From Thermoplasmata archaeon (lineage in GTDB: Archaea > Thermoplasmatota > Thermoplasmata > RBG-16-68-12), in NCBI GenBank assembly GCA_035299725.1, contig DATGWB010000023.1:1-43898 (forward strand): a DNA stretch of 43,898 nt, in the 5' to 3' direction. A program made the translations under genes and the position numbers. Position 1 is the stretch's first letter. Each line of letters starts with the position of its first letter. Below, one piece after another: positions 33,158 to 41,970 of this stretch. The notes below the pieces were generated by a model. The model saw only the letters and a program-made list of their open reading frames with translations, was not told the DNA's origin and did no database searches.

Positions 33158-34902
33158 AGGCCGCTCGACAACCCGTATATAGCCCCCGTCCTTTGCGGAC
33201 GAGGATGCGCGGCCTCCGCGGGCGGCTCCGGATCCTCGCGGTCGTTCTCATCCTGATTGGAATCGCGACGGCGGTTCTGTTCCCTGACGCAGTGCGGACG
33301 GCGGCCACACTTCCGATTCTCGCGTTCTTCTCCATCTTACGCATGGTGGCCGCGTACCTTCTCGCGCTCCTCTTCGCGATCTCGTACGGTCACACGGCTG
33401 CGACGAACAACCGGGCGGCAACCGTCATGCTCCCGGTCATGGACATCCTTCAGTCCATCCCGATCCTCGGCTTCTTCCCATTCGTCCTGCTCTTCTTCGT
33501 CAATGGGCCCCTCGGCGATCCGTTTGGGATTGAAACCGCGGCCGTCTTCCTCATTTTCACGAGCATGGCCTGGAACATGGCGTTCGGCGTGTACGAGTCG
33601 ATTACGACCCTTCCTCCGGACCTCGACCAAGCGGCCCGGAGCTTCGGCCTTCATGGTTGGCTGCGCTTCCGTCTGCTCGCGTTCCCCGCGATGGTCCCGA
33701 AACTCGTCTACAACTCGATTTTGTCGTGGACGAACGGATGGTTCTTCCTCGTCGCAAGTGAAATCATTACGACGCCTCGGGCGAGCTACGTGCGACCGGG
33801 GCTTGGGTCTTTCATCTATCTCGCCGGGCAGCGAGGGGACATCGGGGGAATCGCGATCGGAATCGCGGCACTCGCAACCGTGGTGCTCCTGTTGGACGTC
33901 TTCCTCTGGCGCCCGATGAGCGTCTGGTCCGAACGGTTCCGGATCGAGACGACCGCTTCCGGCGACCGTGCGTCCCTCCATGTTCCGAGCCCGTACGAAC
34001 GCTTGCGTTGGCTGCCGCGCTTCCCCCGGCTCCGCCGGGAAACCGCGCACCGAATCCAGCCGCTCTTGGACAGATATGCCCGATCCTCCGCGAAACTTGA
34101 CCGCGTGTACAGCAGCCATCAACGCGCCATCCGGGCCGTCCGACGGGCCGACCTCGTCCTTTTCCTGGTCATCTTCGTCATCGTCGTTGCCACGGGACTG
34201 ATCGGGCTGGTCGGTTTCTTCCAGCGGCCGTTGCCGTCGGGGGCGAGGGACCTGCCCGCGGCGGCGGCCTTCTCGTTCTTGAGGCTCCTCTTGGCCTATC
34301 TTTCGGCCCTGGCCTGGACCATCCCCGCCGCCGCATGGTTGGGGCGGAGCAAATGGGCCGCGCGCTTCGCGACTCCCGCGTTCGAAATCTCGGCCTCGAT
34401 CCCCGCCACGGCTCTTCAGCCCCTGATTATTGGCTTCGCCGTCGCGGTCACCATGGGCGGCTACTTCGCCGGAGAGATTGGAGCCTACCTCGTATCCCTC
34501 TTCGCGATGCAGTGGTATCTCCTGTTCAATTTGATCGCGGGGGTGCGGTCGATCCCGGGGGACCTCGACGAAGCGGCCCGGGCGTTCGGGTTGCGGGGTC
34601 GAACCTATTGGCGTCGACTTCTTCTGCCGGCGCTGGTCCCCTCGCTCGCCACCGGCAGCATTACGGCGTGGGGCGCCGGATGGAACGCACTCATCGTGGC
34701 CGAGTATCTTCAGTTCGGCCGGTCGGTCTATTCGGTGACCGGCCTCGGAGCTTCCCTGTTTCAAGCGACCGTCGTGACCGGGGATTATGTCATGGGCTAC
34801 CTCACGGTCCTCGCGATGACCGTGGTCGTCCTGACCCTAAACAAACTCGTCTGGCGCCCGATCTACAAGCGTGCCGCCGTGAAGTACAGGATGGATGTGT
34901 GA
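33154..34902 (+). CDS. ABC transporter permease with duplicated BPD_transp_1 domains (NitT/TauT-like anion transporter type)
   Basis: 582 aa with two homologous halves, each carrying the permease EAA-like loop (PPDLDQAARSFGLHGWLRFRLLAFPAMVP and PGDLDEAARAFGLRGRTYWRRLLLPALVP). The start is uncertain (alternative Met at 33205). Confidence 0.8.
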   Translation: MKAARQPVYSPRPLRTRMRGLRGRLRILAVVLILIGIATAVLFPDAVRTAATLPILAFFSILRMVAAYLLALLFAISYGHTAATNNRAATVMLPVMDILQSIPILGFFPFVLLFFVNGPLGDPFGIETAAVFLIFTSMAWNMAFGVYESITTLPPDLDQAARSFGLHGWLRFRLLAFPAMVPKLVYNSILSWTNGWFFLVASEIITTPRASYVRPGLGSFIYLAGQRGDIGGIAIGIAALATVVLLLDVFLWRPMSVWSERFRIETTASGDRASLHVPSPYERLRWLPRFPRLRRETAHRIQPLLDRYARSSAKLDRVYSSHQRAIRAVRRADLVLFLVIFVIVVATGLIGLVGFFQRPLPSGARDLPAAAAFSFLRLLLAYLSALAWTIPAAAWLGRSKWAARFATPAFEISASIPATALQPLIIGFAVAVTMGGYFAGEIGAYLVSLFAMQWYLLFNLIAGVRSIPGDLDEAARAFGLRGRTYWRRLLLPALVPSLATGSITAWGAGWNALIVAEYLQFGRSVYSVTGLGASLFQATVVTGDYVMGYLTVLAMTVVVLTLNKLVWRPIYKRAAVKYRMDV

Positions 34903-35663
34903 TGGGGGGCGCCCAACCGCTCCTTCAGGTGAAGGACGTATCGAAATCCTACTTCGACAACGGGAAGGAGTCCAAGATTCTCGACCTGATCCGATTTGAA
35001 CTTGCGGAGCGCGACTTCGTCTGCCTCGTCGGTCCGTCGGGCTGTGGGAAGTCGACGCTCCTGAGAATCATTGTCGGCCTCGACACGCCCACCTCCGGTC
35101 AGGTCCTGTTCGAAGGGCATCCGATCCGCGCGGACAATCCGCAGGTCGCGATGGTGTTCCAGTCCTTTGCCCTGTTCCCGTGGCTGACGGTCGCGCAGAA
35201 CGTCGAGCTCGGGTTGGAGGCCCTGCACGAGGACCCCGCGAAACGCCGGGCCGTCGCGAAGAAGTTCATCGACGCGGTCGGGTTGACGGGGTTCGAAAAC
35301 GCGTACCCGCGGGAACTCAGCGGGGGGATGAAGCAGCGGGTCGGAATTGCACGCGCCCTCACGATTGAGCCCCTCCTGCTCTGCATGGATGAGCCGTTCT
35401 CGTCCCTCGACGCCTTGACGGCCCAGAACCTGCGCGACGAGATCCTTCAGTTGTGGTCGAATCCCGATCTGCCGCCCGAGGCGGTGCTGATGGTCACACA
35501 CTCGATCGAGGAGGCCGTGTACCTCGCGGACCGCGTGATCGTGCTCTCCAGCCGACCCGGGCGCATGGTCGCCGAGCTCGAAATCGATTTGCCGCGACCG
35601 CGAAACCGTAAGGACCCCGAGTTCTACGGCTGGGTCGATGAAATCTATTCGCTGATCGTGTGA
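34902..35663 (+). CDS. ABC transporter ATP-binding protein (NitT/TauT family)
   Basis: I trimmed the track ORF 34335..35663 to ATG 34902, which shares one base with the permease TGA stop (TGATG). Walker A GPSGCGKST, signature LSGGMKQRVGIARAL, Walker B LLCMDEPFSSLD. Confidence 0.9.
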   Translation: MGGAQPLLQVKDVSKSYFDNGKESKILDLIRFELAERDFVCLVGPSGCGKSTLLRIIVGLDTPTSGQVLFEGHPIRADNPQVAMVFQSFALFPWLTVAQNVELGLEALHEDPAKRRAVAKKFIDAVGLTGFENAYPRELSGGMKQRVGIARALTIEPLLLCMDEPFSSLDALTAQNLRDEILQLWSNPDLPPEAVLMVTHSIEEAVYLADRVIVLSSRPGRMVAELEIDLPRPRNRKDPEFYGWVDEIYSLIV

Positions 35664-35675
35664 GGGGTAGGTCAA

Positions 35676-36200
35676 GTGTCAAATATGGGCGACGATGATG
35701 GACCGAAGACCCCCGTGACCGACTTCCATTCGATGGCGAAGGTCTCTGTGGGTCAGATCCTGGGCCTCGTCGAGGCGGTCGACGAGGTCGGTGGGGTCGC
35801 GGACGCCGCGACGATTTCTCGAGAGGTCGAGATGGATGTTGACCGCCTCGGGCCGATCCTGAACGCGGCGGAGTTCCTCGGACTCGTGACGGTCGAGGAC
35901 GGGGACATCCGGATCACCGAATTGAGCCGAAAGCTGTTGACCGCGAATGTCCGCGAGCGGAAGAAAATCGTTCGGGAAATCATCGATGATATGCCGGCGT
36001 TCCGCCTCGTGATGGAGATGGCACGGAGCTCAAGCGCCCCGCTCGGACGCCAGCAGGTAGTTCAGGCGCTGTCGGACCGGGTCGGGAGCCACCAGGCCGA
36101 GGACGTCTTCAACGCCCTCGTCTACTGGGGCCGGTACGCGGAATTGGTGCGATACGACAGCGAGTCCGAGCAGCTCACGGTGCGCGTCGCGCCGACGTGA
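35676..36200 (+). CDS. Accessory protein, wHTH-like; resembles the AAA-associated C-terminal domain seen fused to NitT/TauT ATPases (tentative)
   Basis: It is co-oriented, 12 nt after the ATPase gene. ISREVEMDVDRLGPILNAAEFLGLVTVEDGDIRITELSRKLL looks like a winged helix. The family assignment is from memory, not verified. Confidence 0.4.
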   Translation: MSNMGDDDGPKTPVTDFHSMAKVSVGQILGLVEAVDEVGGVADAATISREVEMDVDRLGPILNAAEFLGLVTVEDGDIRITELSRKLLTANVRERKKIVREIIDDMPAFRLVMEMARSSSAPLGRQQVVQALSDRVGSHQAEDVFNALVYWGRYAELVRYDSESEQLTVRVAPT

Positions 36201-36298
36201 CGGGTGGAACCTGGGTCCCTACCGGACGTCCTACTAGGACCACGATACGCCCGTCGCGAAACTCGGAGGGGCGCCTTGCCGGCTTGGACTCTCGGCCG

Positions 36299-37903
36299 TT
36301 ATCCGGTGGCCCCGAAGAACTGACGTAAGACGGGATGCATCTCCATCATCTGCTCCCGCCCGATCGCCTCGTACAGCTGGATCATGATGCCCACGGAGAG
36401 CAAGACGCCCGTGCCGGAGGCGTTCCCCACCGTCCCGATCATGTCGGCGCCTGCCGCGAGGGCGCCGACCGAGGCCCCCGAAATCACCGCGACCACCGGG
36501 ATGTACCTATCCAGCACCCGCCGCAGGATCCGCGGGTCCCGTCGGAATCCCGGGATCTGCATCCCGCTCGACTCGATCTGTTTCGCGACGTCCTCGGGCC
36601 CCATGTTCGTCGTCATGATCCAGAACTTTGCGAACATGACGGAGCCGCCGATGAAGACCCCGAGGAAGACGAGGATGTGGAGGAAGACCTGCCAGTACGC
36701 CAAGCCCCGTAGGTAGACGCCGTACGTGTTCGGGTTGAAGAGCGGCAGGAGCCAGTCCTGTACGCCGTTCACGTTCGAGAAGTAGTACGCCAGGCCGCCG
36801 ATCGGCGTGGTGCGTTGGATCTGCCCGGACACCACCCGAGTGTCCAGCGCGTCTGGGTAGGCGCCGATCCACGATGCGTGCCCGACGATGGGCCACTCGG
36901 GATGCTGCCAGAACAGGAGGGAGAACATGCTCACGTTCGCCAGGACCGCCGCGACGAGGATGACCGGGATGTTCGAGGCGTACATCAGGCGGATCGGGTA
37001 CCGGCCGCGCGCGCCCCGGGCCATGCCGTGGGCAAGCGGGAGCTCGATCCGCGTCGATTCGACGTACGCGACGATCAGGAAGATGAGGACCGTGCCGATG
37101 AGCGCGATGAGGGGGTTCGGCGGCTGGACCATGATCTGTTCGATCCCGCCGCCGGCGAGCTGACTGCCGGAATAGTGCTGGAGGTAGTACACCGTCTTCG
37201 GAATGGTGCCCGCGGGGACCTGGCTCGTCGCCGAGGACGGCTCCCAGTTGAACGTTCCCGTGAAGATCTGCTGGGCCACCCCGCCCGCGATGAACAGCGA
37301 GATGCCCGAGCCGATCCCCCACTTCGAGACGACCTCGTCCATCAGGAAGACGAGATACGACCCCCCGAAGAGCTGGACCACGATCAGGATCTCGGCTAAC
37401 GTGTGCCCCTGACCTGTCGGGATGACGCCGAACAGGAACGACCCGTTCAGCTCGCTCACGAATCCGGCGGCCGGCGTGAGGAAACCGAAGACCTGCGGGA
37501 TCGCCTCGACGAAGATCATCATGATGACGAGGAACTTCTGGGTCCCCTGGTACACGCTCTTGTCCTCGTCGTCCTGGAGGTCCAGGTTGATGATCTTCGC
37601 GCCCGCGAAGAGCTGCATGATGATCGACGCCGTGACGATCGGGCCGATCCCGAGGTGCATCAGCGAGCCCTGGGCGCCCGCGAGGATCGCCCGCAGGCTC
37701 GAGAAGAAGTCGATGACGTTGGCCCGGTCCAGGCCGTAGATGAAGATGTTCGTCATCGCGAAATACAGGATCAGGATCGCGAGGACCCAGAACATCTTCG
37801 TGCGAAAGTGAACGTGGCCTTCCGGCCGCGTGACCGCGGGCAGCCGGTCCGTGAGCGGTTTCAGCGCGTACAGACGGCTCTTCTTTTTCTCTTCGAGGGG
37901 CAT
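36299..37903 (-). CDS. secY: Preprotein translocase subunit SecY
   Basis: LKPLTDRLPAVTRPEGHVHFRTKMFWVLAILILYF, GIGPIVTASIIMQL and 10-TM character, at the canonical position at the end of the ribosomal operon. 534 aa is on the long side. Confidence 0.9.
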   Translation of the reverse strand: MPLEEKKKSRLYALKPLTDRLPAVTRPEGHVHFRTKMFWVLAILILYFAMTNIFIYGLDRANVIDFFSSLRAILAGAQGSLMHLGIGPIVTASIIMQLFAGAKIINLDLQDDEDKSVYQGTQKFLVIMMIFVEAIPQVFGFLTPAAGFVSELNGSFLFGVIPTGQGHTLAEILIVVQLFGGSYLVFLMDEVVSKWGIGSGISLFIAGGVAQQIFTGTFNWEPSSATSQVPAGTIPKTVYYLQHYSGSQLAGGGIEQIMVQPPNPLIALIGTVLIFLIVAYVESTRIELPLAHGMARGARGRYPIRLMYASNIPVILVAAVLANVSMFSLLFWQHPEWPIVGHASWIGAYPDALDTRVVSGQIQRTTPIGGLAYYFSNVNGVQDWLLPLFNPNTYGVYLRGLAYWQVFLHILVFLGVFIGGSVMFAKFWIMTTNMGPEDVAKQIESSGMQIPGFRRDPRILRRVLDRYIPVVAVISGASVGALAAGADMIGTVGNASGTGVLLSVGIMIQLYEAIGREQMMEMHPVLRQFFGATG

Positions 37904-37907
37904 CGGA

Positions 37908-38345
37908 CTACTTCCCGGCGTCCCCTGGGAGGACGACCTCGCCGCCAGCGCCGGAGACCTTCGCGACGGCGGCCGGAGAGGCCTTCGCGACGGTGATCCG
38001 CATTGCCATCGTTACGCGACCAGAGCCTAATAGCTTGTCGATTCCCGCGGCGGTCAGGTCGACATTGATTCGAGAATCGTCCTTCTTCGCATGGCCCGCG
38101 GCTTCGAATTCGCCGATCCGATGGGCGAGGTCTTCGAGGTCGATCGCGGTCGTCGGGCGCGGCTGTGCATGTCGGAAGAAGCCGCGCGGTCCGAAATGCT
38201 CGGGGTCGTACTTGATCATCCACTTGAACTTGTGTTTGTGGAGGCCCGCGTTGCCGGTGCCGCCGCGGCCACCGGCACCCCGTCCGTGCTTCTTGCCGCG
38301 GCCGTGCGTGCGACTGCCCCGCAGCTTCCGCGTCCTAGAGACCAT
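37908..38345 (-). CDS. rpl15: 50S ribosomal protein uL15
   Basis: I trimmed to ATG 38345. MVSRTRKLRGSRTHGRGKKHGRGAGGRGGTGNAGLHKHK is the typical uL15 N-terminus. Confidence 0.9.
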   Translation of the reverse strand: MVSRTRKLRGSRTHGRGKKHGRGAGGRGGTGNAGLHKHKFKWMIKYDPEHFGPRGFFRHAQPRPTTAIDLEDLAHRIGEFEAAGHAKKDDSRINVDLTAAGIDKLLGSGRVTMAMRITVAKASPAAVAKVSGAGGEVVLPGDAGK

Positions 38346-38823
38346 CCTTGCCCTCCTCGAGGAGCATCCGCACGAGGAGCGAGTTGATGGCCCCTCCGCG
38401 GTATCCGAGGTCCCCGCCATCGTGGAATCCGCGCTTGATCCCGCGATACCCTTTCCGAGGCGGTGGCAGTCGGAGGACCGGCCGGAGTTCGCGCACATCG
38501 GCGAGGGTCGCCTCGCCTTTCGTGATCGCCTGGCTCAGATCCCAGATCGACTTGAACTTGCTGTGGCCCTTCACAAACGAGTCGTCGATCGGCTTGTCGC
38601 CGATCTGGCGGCCCCGCTTCAGGAGGAGTTTCGCAAGCACTTCCGGGTCGACTTCGCCCCAGGTGACGTGGTCCTTCACGAGCTGGAGCATGCCCCGGTA
38701 CGTGGGGTCCTCCGGGACGATCGAGCAGTGGTTCTGGCGGGTCAGGTGCAACATCCGGAGCGTGTCCTTCACATCGCGACGGAGATCGCTTTTCCCTCGG
38801 AGCCTGAGGACCGCGAAGCTCAT
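38335..38823 (-). CDS. rpl30: 50S ribosomal protein uL30
   Basis: I trimmed to ATG 38823. MSFAVLRLRGKSDLRRDVKDTLRMLHLTRQNHC is the typical archaeal uL30. 11-nt overlap with rpl15. Confidence 0.9.
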   Translation of the reverse strand: MSFAVLRLRGKSDLRRDVKDTLRMLHLTRQNHCSIVPEDPTYRGMLQLVKDHVTWGEVDPEVLAKLLLKRGRQIGDKPIDDSFVKGHSKFKSIWDLSQAITKGEATLADVRELRPVLRLPPPRKGYRGIKRGFHDGGDLGYRGGAINSLLVRMLLEEGKDGL

Positions 38824-39671
38824 TCCTCCGGCGCCTCCCCGTCCTTCGACTCGTCCGCCGGCTCTTCCGTCAGCGTGGCTCCCTCGACCTCGATTTCCTC
38901 GGGAAGTTCTCCCGGAGGCGGTCCTTCGGCCACGACCGACGGCGCCTCGACCTTCCGGGTGAAGACCTGCTCCGCGCCGGACTTGATTTTCAGCCGCTCC
39001 GTTTGCTCGGATCGCACCTTGACTTGGCCGGTCTGCCGGAGCGCGGCGAACGTCGCGAGCGCATAGTTGACGGTCGTCTTCGTGTGGCCTTTCGTAAAGC
39101 CCCAGGCGTCCGTGATGCCGGCGAGGCGCAGGACGCTCTTCGCGACGTCGCCCACCGCGAGGCCGACTCCCTGGGGGGCCGGCTTGAGGACCACGTCGAC
39201 GGATCCGCTGCTCCCCGTCACCTTGAACGGAAGCGTGTGGGCTCGGCCGCACCCGCATTCCCAGGAGCCGCAGCCCCGCTTGATCTCGATCATGTTGAGT
39301 TTCGCGTTATCGATCGCCCGCCGAATCGACGGACCGACCTCGCGGCCGCGCGCACGGCCGAGGCCCGCGAAGCCATCCTTGTTTCCGACGATGCAGGTGA
39401 TCACGAAATTCACCCGGCGACCGGAGTCGGTCATCCGCTGAACCATGTTGACGTCCAGGACCTCGTCCTCGGTCTCCGGGAGTAGGATGTCCACGATCTC
39501 CGGTTCGCGAATCGGCAGGCCCGTCCGGATCGCGTCCCCGAGCGTTGTCAGCTCACCCGCGAGCACGAGCCGGCCGAGTTTCGTCTTCGGCGCCCACTCG
39601 CTGAGGTTCCGCTCCGGTCTCGCGGCCCGAGCCTCCCGCTTGCGACCACGCCCCCCGCGCCGCTGCGGCAT
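38820..39671 (-). CDS. rps5: 30S ribosomal protein uS5 (with acidic C-terminal tail)
   Basis: I trimmed to ATG 39671. VNMVQRMTDSGRRVNFVITCIVGNKDGFAGLGRARGREV and GSGSVDVVLKPAPQGVGL are uS5 motifs. Confidence 0.9.
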   Translation of the reverse strand: MPQRRGGRGRKREARAARPERNLSEWAPKTKLGRLVLAGELTTLGDAIRTGLPIREPEIVDILLPETEDEVLDVNMVQRMTDSGRRVNFVITCIVGNKDGFAGLGRARGREVGPSIRRAIDNAKLNMIEIKRGCGSWECGCGRAHTLPFKVTGSSGSVDVVLKPAPQGVGLAVGDVAKSVLRLAGITDAWGFTKGHTKTTVNYALATFAALRQTGQVKVRSEQTERLKIKSGAEQVFTRKVEAPSVVAEGPPPGELPEEIEVEGATLTEEPADESKDGEAPEE

Positions 39672-40171
39672 CAGGCGGCCTCCAGCTTCGCCTTCACCGC
39701 GTCGAACTGCGTCGGGATCGATTCCCCGATGTGGGCCCCGCGAATGCGCTCCTTCGACGGCAGCACGTCCGGGCTGTGAGGCACCGCGACACCGGAGTCG
39801 AGCAAGCCTTGGAGGGCGGCGAAGAGACGTCCGCCTCTGGAGGGCCGTTGCAGACCCAGGTCGAGGATTGCCGCCGACACGCCCTTCGCGGCCGCCCGCT
39901 TGCCGGCAAGATATCCGGTGAGGTACGCCGCCGGGAGGTTGCCGGTGCCCGCGGCCCATCCTCGCTCTTTCAGCTCGAGCGACTGCGCGGTCGCGACGAC
40001 CCGGTCCCCGCCGGCGTCCGCGACGATGAACTGGATGATCGTCTGGTTGAGCGTCTTCCGCACTACGACGCGCGGTTTCCCGCTCCGAAGGAGTTTCGCC
40101 CGCGACCGGTAGTCCGTGCGGCCCTCGCGCCGCCGTCGGAACGGGACGCGGTAATGGGGTCCTTGTTTCAC
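39671..40171 (-). CDS. rpl18: 50S ribosomal protein uL18
   Basis: GPHYRVPFRRRREGRTDYRSRAKLL is the archaeal uL18 N-terminus, and the operon position fits. Confidence 0.9.
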   Translation of the reverse strand: MKQGPHYRVPFRRRREGRTDYRSRAKLLRSGKPRVVVRKTLNQTIIQFIVADAGGDRVVATAQSLELKERGWAAGTGNLPAAYLTGYLAGKRAAAKGVSAAILDLGLQRPSRGGRLFAALQGLLDSGVAVPHSPDVLPSKERIRGAHIGESIPTQFDAVKAKLEAA

Positions 40172-40632
40172 TTCGATGCCTCCTTGATCACTCCGGCCGC
40201 GCGCAACTGCTGGTCCAGGTGGGACTTCGATTTGAACATGCCGCCCTTGGACTGGCCGTAGAACCGCCGGTAGGTGGCGGTGTCGATCCGGCCCGTGTCG
40301 CGGAGGTCCCGCAGGTACCGACGCATGCCCCGGATGATCCCGATCCAGCGGGTCTTCTGCGGCGTCCGCGCATTGAGGGCTCCCTTGCGGCTCCCATGAC
40401 CTCGGCGTCGGCCTTTTGCCCGCTGCTCGGCTCGATGTCGGGCCCGCCCGCGGGAGACGCCCTGCACCGGCCGCTTCTGGATGATGTTCTTCCGGATGAG
40501 GTTGCGAATGCCGTCCCGGGTGATCGCGTCGAGGATGTCGTCCTGGACCTTCGGGTCCGTGGTGATCCAGACCCGGTTGACTCCGATGCCGAGGATCGAT
40601 GCCGCGAGGCGCCGCTGGTAGTCGAACCTCAT
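40168..40632 (-). CDS. rpl19e: 50S ribosomal protein eL19
   Basis: QRRLAASILGIGVNRVWI...GRARHRAEQRAKGRRRGHGSRKG is typical of eL19. 4-nt overlaps on both sides. Confidence 0.9.
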   Translation of the reverse strand: MRFDYQRRLAASILGIGVNRVWITTDPKVQDDILDAITRDGIRNLIRKNIIQKRPVQGVSRGRARHRAEQRAKGRRRGHGSRKGALNARTPQKTRWIGIIRGMRRYLRDLRDTGRIDTATYRRFYGQSKGGMFKSKSHLDQQLRAAGVIKEASK

Positions 40633-41420
40633 TCGGTCACCATCCGGTTCAGCACGCGAAGGCCCTTCTCATCGCACGCTTTCTCGATCATCTCGCGCTT
40701 TCGGGTGCCGACCGCGTGTCCGATCCGCACCGCCTGCTTCCCTGCGTCGAGTCCTTCGAGCTGATGTTCGTTGTGCACGAGGACTTCCTGGAAGCCGCTC
40801 GGGTGGAGCCCGCGGACGGCGCGAGGCCCGCGATATCCGATCGACGGGAGGTTCCAGCGGTACCCGAAATGTCGCCGGAGTTTCGATTGCCCGCCCTGCG
40901 GCTTTCGCCACTCGTCTCCGAACTTCCGGTAGCGGAACCACTCCTGACGGCGGAACTTCGGCCGCGCCGCGTTCTTCGCGGAGCGCACCGCGAGGAGCCG
41001 CTTCAGGTGAGGTTCGAGCTTGGGCTTCGCGCGCGGTTCGTGGACCTCTTCCTCGGCCTCCTCTTCCGCTTCCTCCTTTCCCTTCTTTCCTTTCGGAGGC
41101 TTCGCTTTCTCCTTCGGCTTCTCTTTGGGTTTCTTCTCCGCCTTCGGAGGAGCGGGTTTTTCTTCTTCGGGTGCGGCCTTCTTCGCCGCCTCCCGTTCGA
41201 TGAACGTGAGAAGACGCTTTCGGAGTTCGTCGACCTTCCCTTCTTGACTGAGGTCGTAGCGTTCGGACCAGGCGATGAGTTCGGCCTTCTTCGCGGCGCG
41301 AATCTCCGCCGCCGTGGGGAGCGCCTGCTCGGGCTCGGGCACCTCGGGGACGGCGGTCTTCTTCGCCTTCTTCGCGGTCTTGGCGTCCGCCTTCGGTTCC
41401 TTTTCGTCCGCCATCCTCAC
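40629..41420 (-). CDS. rpl32e: 50S ribosomal protein eL32 with a roughly 130-aa N-terminal SAP-like plus K/E-rich extension
   Basis: The C-terminal core RPKFRRQEWFRYRKFGDEWRKPQGGQSKLRRH...GYRGPRAVRGLHPSGF is eL32. The start is GTG 41420 (GTGA overlap with rpl6) or ATG 41414. Confidence 0.85.
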   Translation of the reverse strand: MRMADEKEPKADAKTAKKAKKTAVPEVPEPEQALPTAAEIRAAKKAELIAWSERYDLSQEGKVDELRKRLLTFIEREAAKKAAPEEEKPAPPKAEKKPKEKPKEKAKPPKGKKGKEEAEEEAEEEVHEPRAKPKLEPHLKRLLAVRSAKNAARPKFRRQEWFRYRKFGDEWRKPQGGQSKLRRHFGYRWNLPSIGYRGPRAVRGLHPSGFQEVLVHNEHQLEGLDAGKQAVRIGHAVGTRKREMIEKACDEKGLRVLNRMVTE

Positions 41421-41962
41421 GCCTCCCCGGCCTTCTTCGTGATGTAGATTCCGTCCTGGAAGATCCGAGGATCGAATCCGCGGATCCGCGTGGCCAGCTC
41501 GATGTTGGCGGCGGTTTGGCCGACCGCCTCGACGTCCGGCCCGGTGAGGAGGACCTGGTCCCCGTTGACTTCAACTTTCGTTTCCCCGACGATCCTCGTC
41601 TTTCGCGGGAACTTCTCCCCCAGGAAATTTTCGATGATGAACTCCGAACCCTTGACGGTGGCCTTCAGCGGGAAGTGACTGTAGACGATCTTCATCTCGT
41701 ACGTGAAGCCGTCTCGGACCCCGACGATCATGTTCCTGAGATGGGCCGCAAACGTGCCGAGGAGCGCGGCTTCCTTGCGTCGCGGGTACTCACACCGGAC
41801 GGTGGCCTGCTGGCCCTTCACGTCGATCCGCAACCGCGGGTGGGACAGACGGCGCCGAAGCGTGTGGCCTCCGCCAGTTACGACGACGAAGTCGCCGTCG
41901 ACTCGCAGATGCACGCCGTCCGGGATCTCGACGACCTCTTCCAGCAATCCCGCGACCGGCAT
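41417..41962 (-). CDS. rpl6: 50S ribosomal protein uL6
   Basis: Two-domain uL6 pattern (GFTYEMKIVYSHFPLKATVKG...IENFLGEK...RIFQDGIY), and the operon position fits. Confidence 0.9.
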   Translation of the reverse strand: MPVAGLLEEVVEIPDGVHLRVDGDFVVVTGGGHTLRRRLSHPRLRIDVKGQQATVRCEYPRRKEAALLGTFAAHLRNMIVGVRDGFTYEMKIVYSHFPLKATVKGSEFIIENFLGEKFPRKTRIVGETKVEVNGDQVLLTGPDVEAVGQTAANIELATRIRGFDPRIFQDGIYITKKAGEA

Positions 41963-41970
41963 TCCTCACC

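Noticed and set aside
33337-34764. 475-aa minus-strand ORF antisense to the ABC permease
   Set aside because: Extremely Arg/Glu/Gly/Pro-rich with no domain pattern. The plus-strand frame encodes a coherent duplicated permease.
41040-41200. Repetitive CTT/CCT/TTC-rich DNA that looks like a tandem repeat or possible array
   Set aside because: It is the coding sequence of the Lys/Glu/Pro low-complexity linker of eL32 (minus strand). It has no regular repeat-spacer periodicity and is not a CRISPR array.
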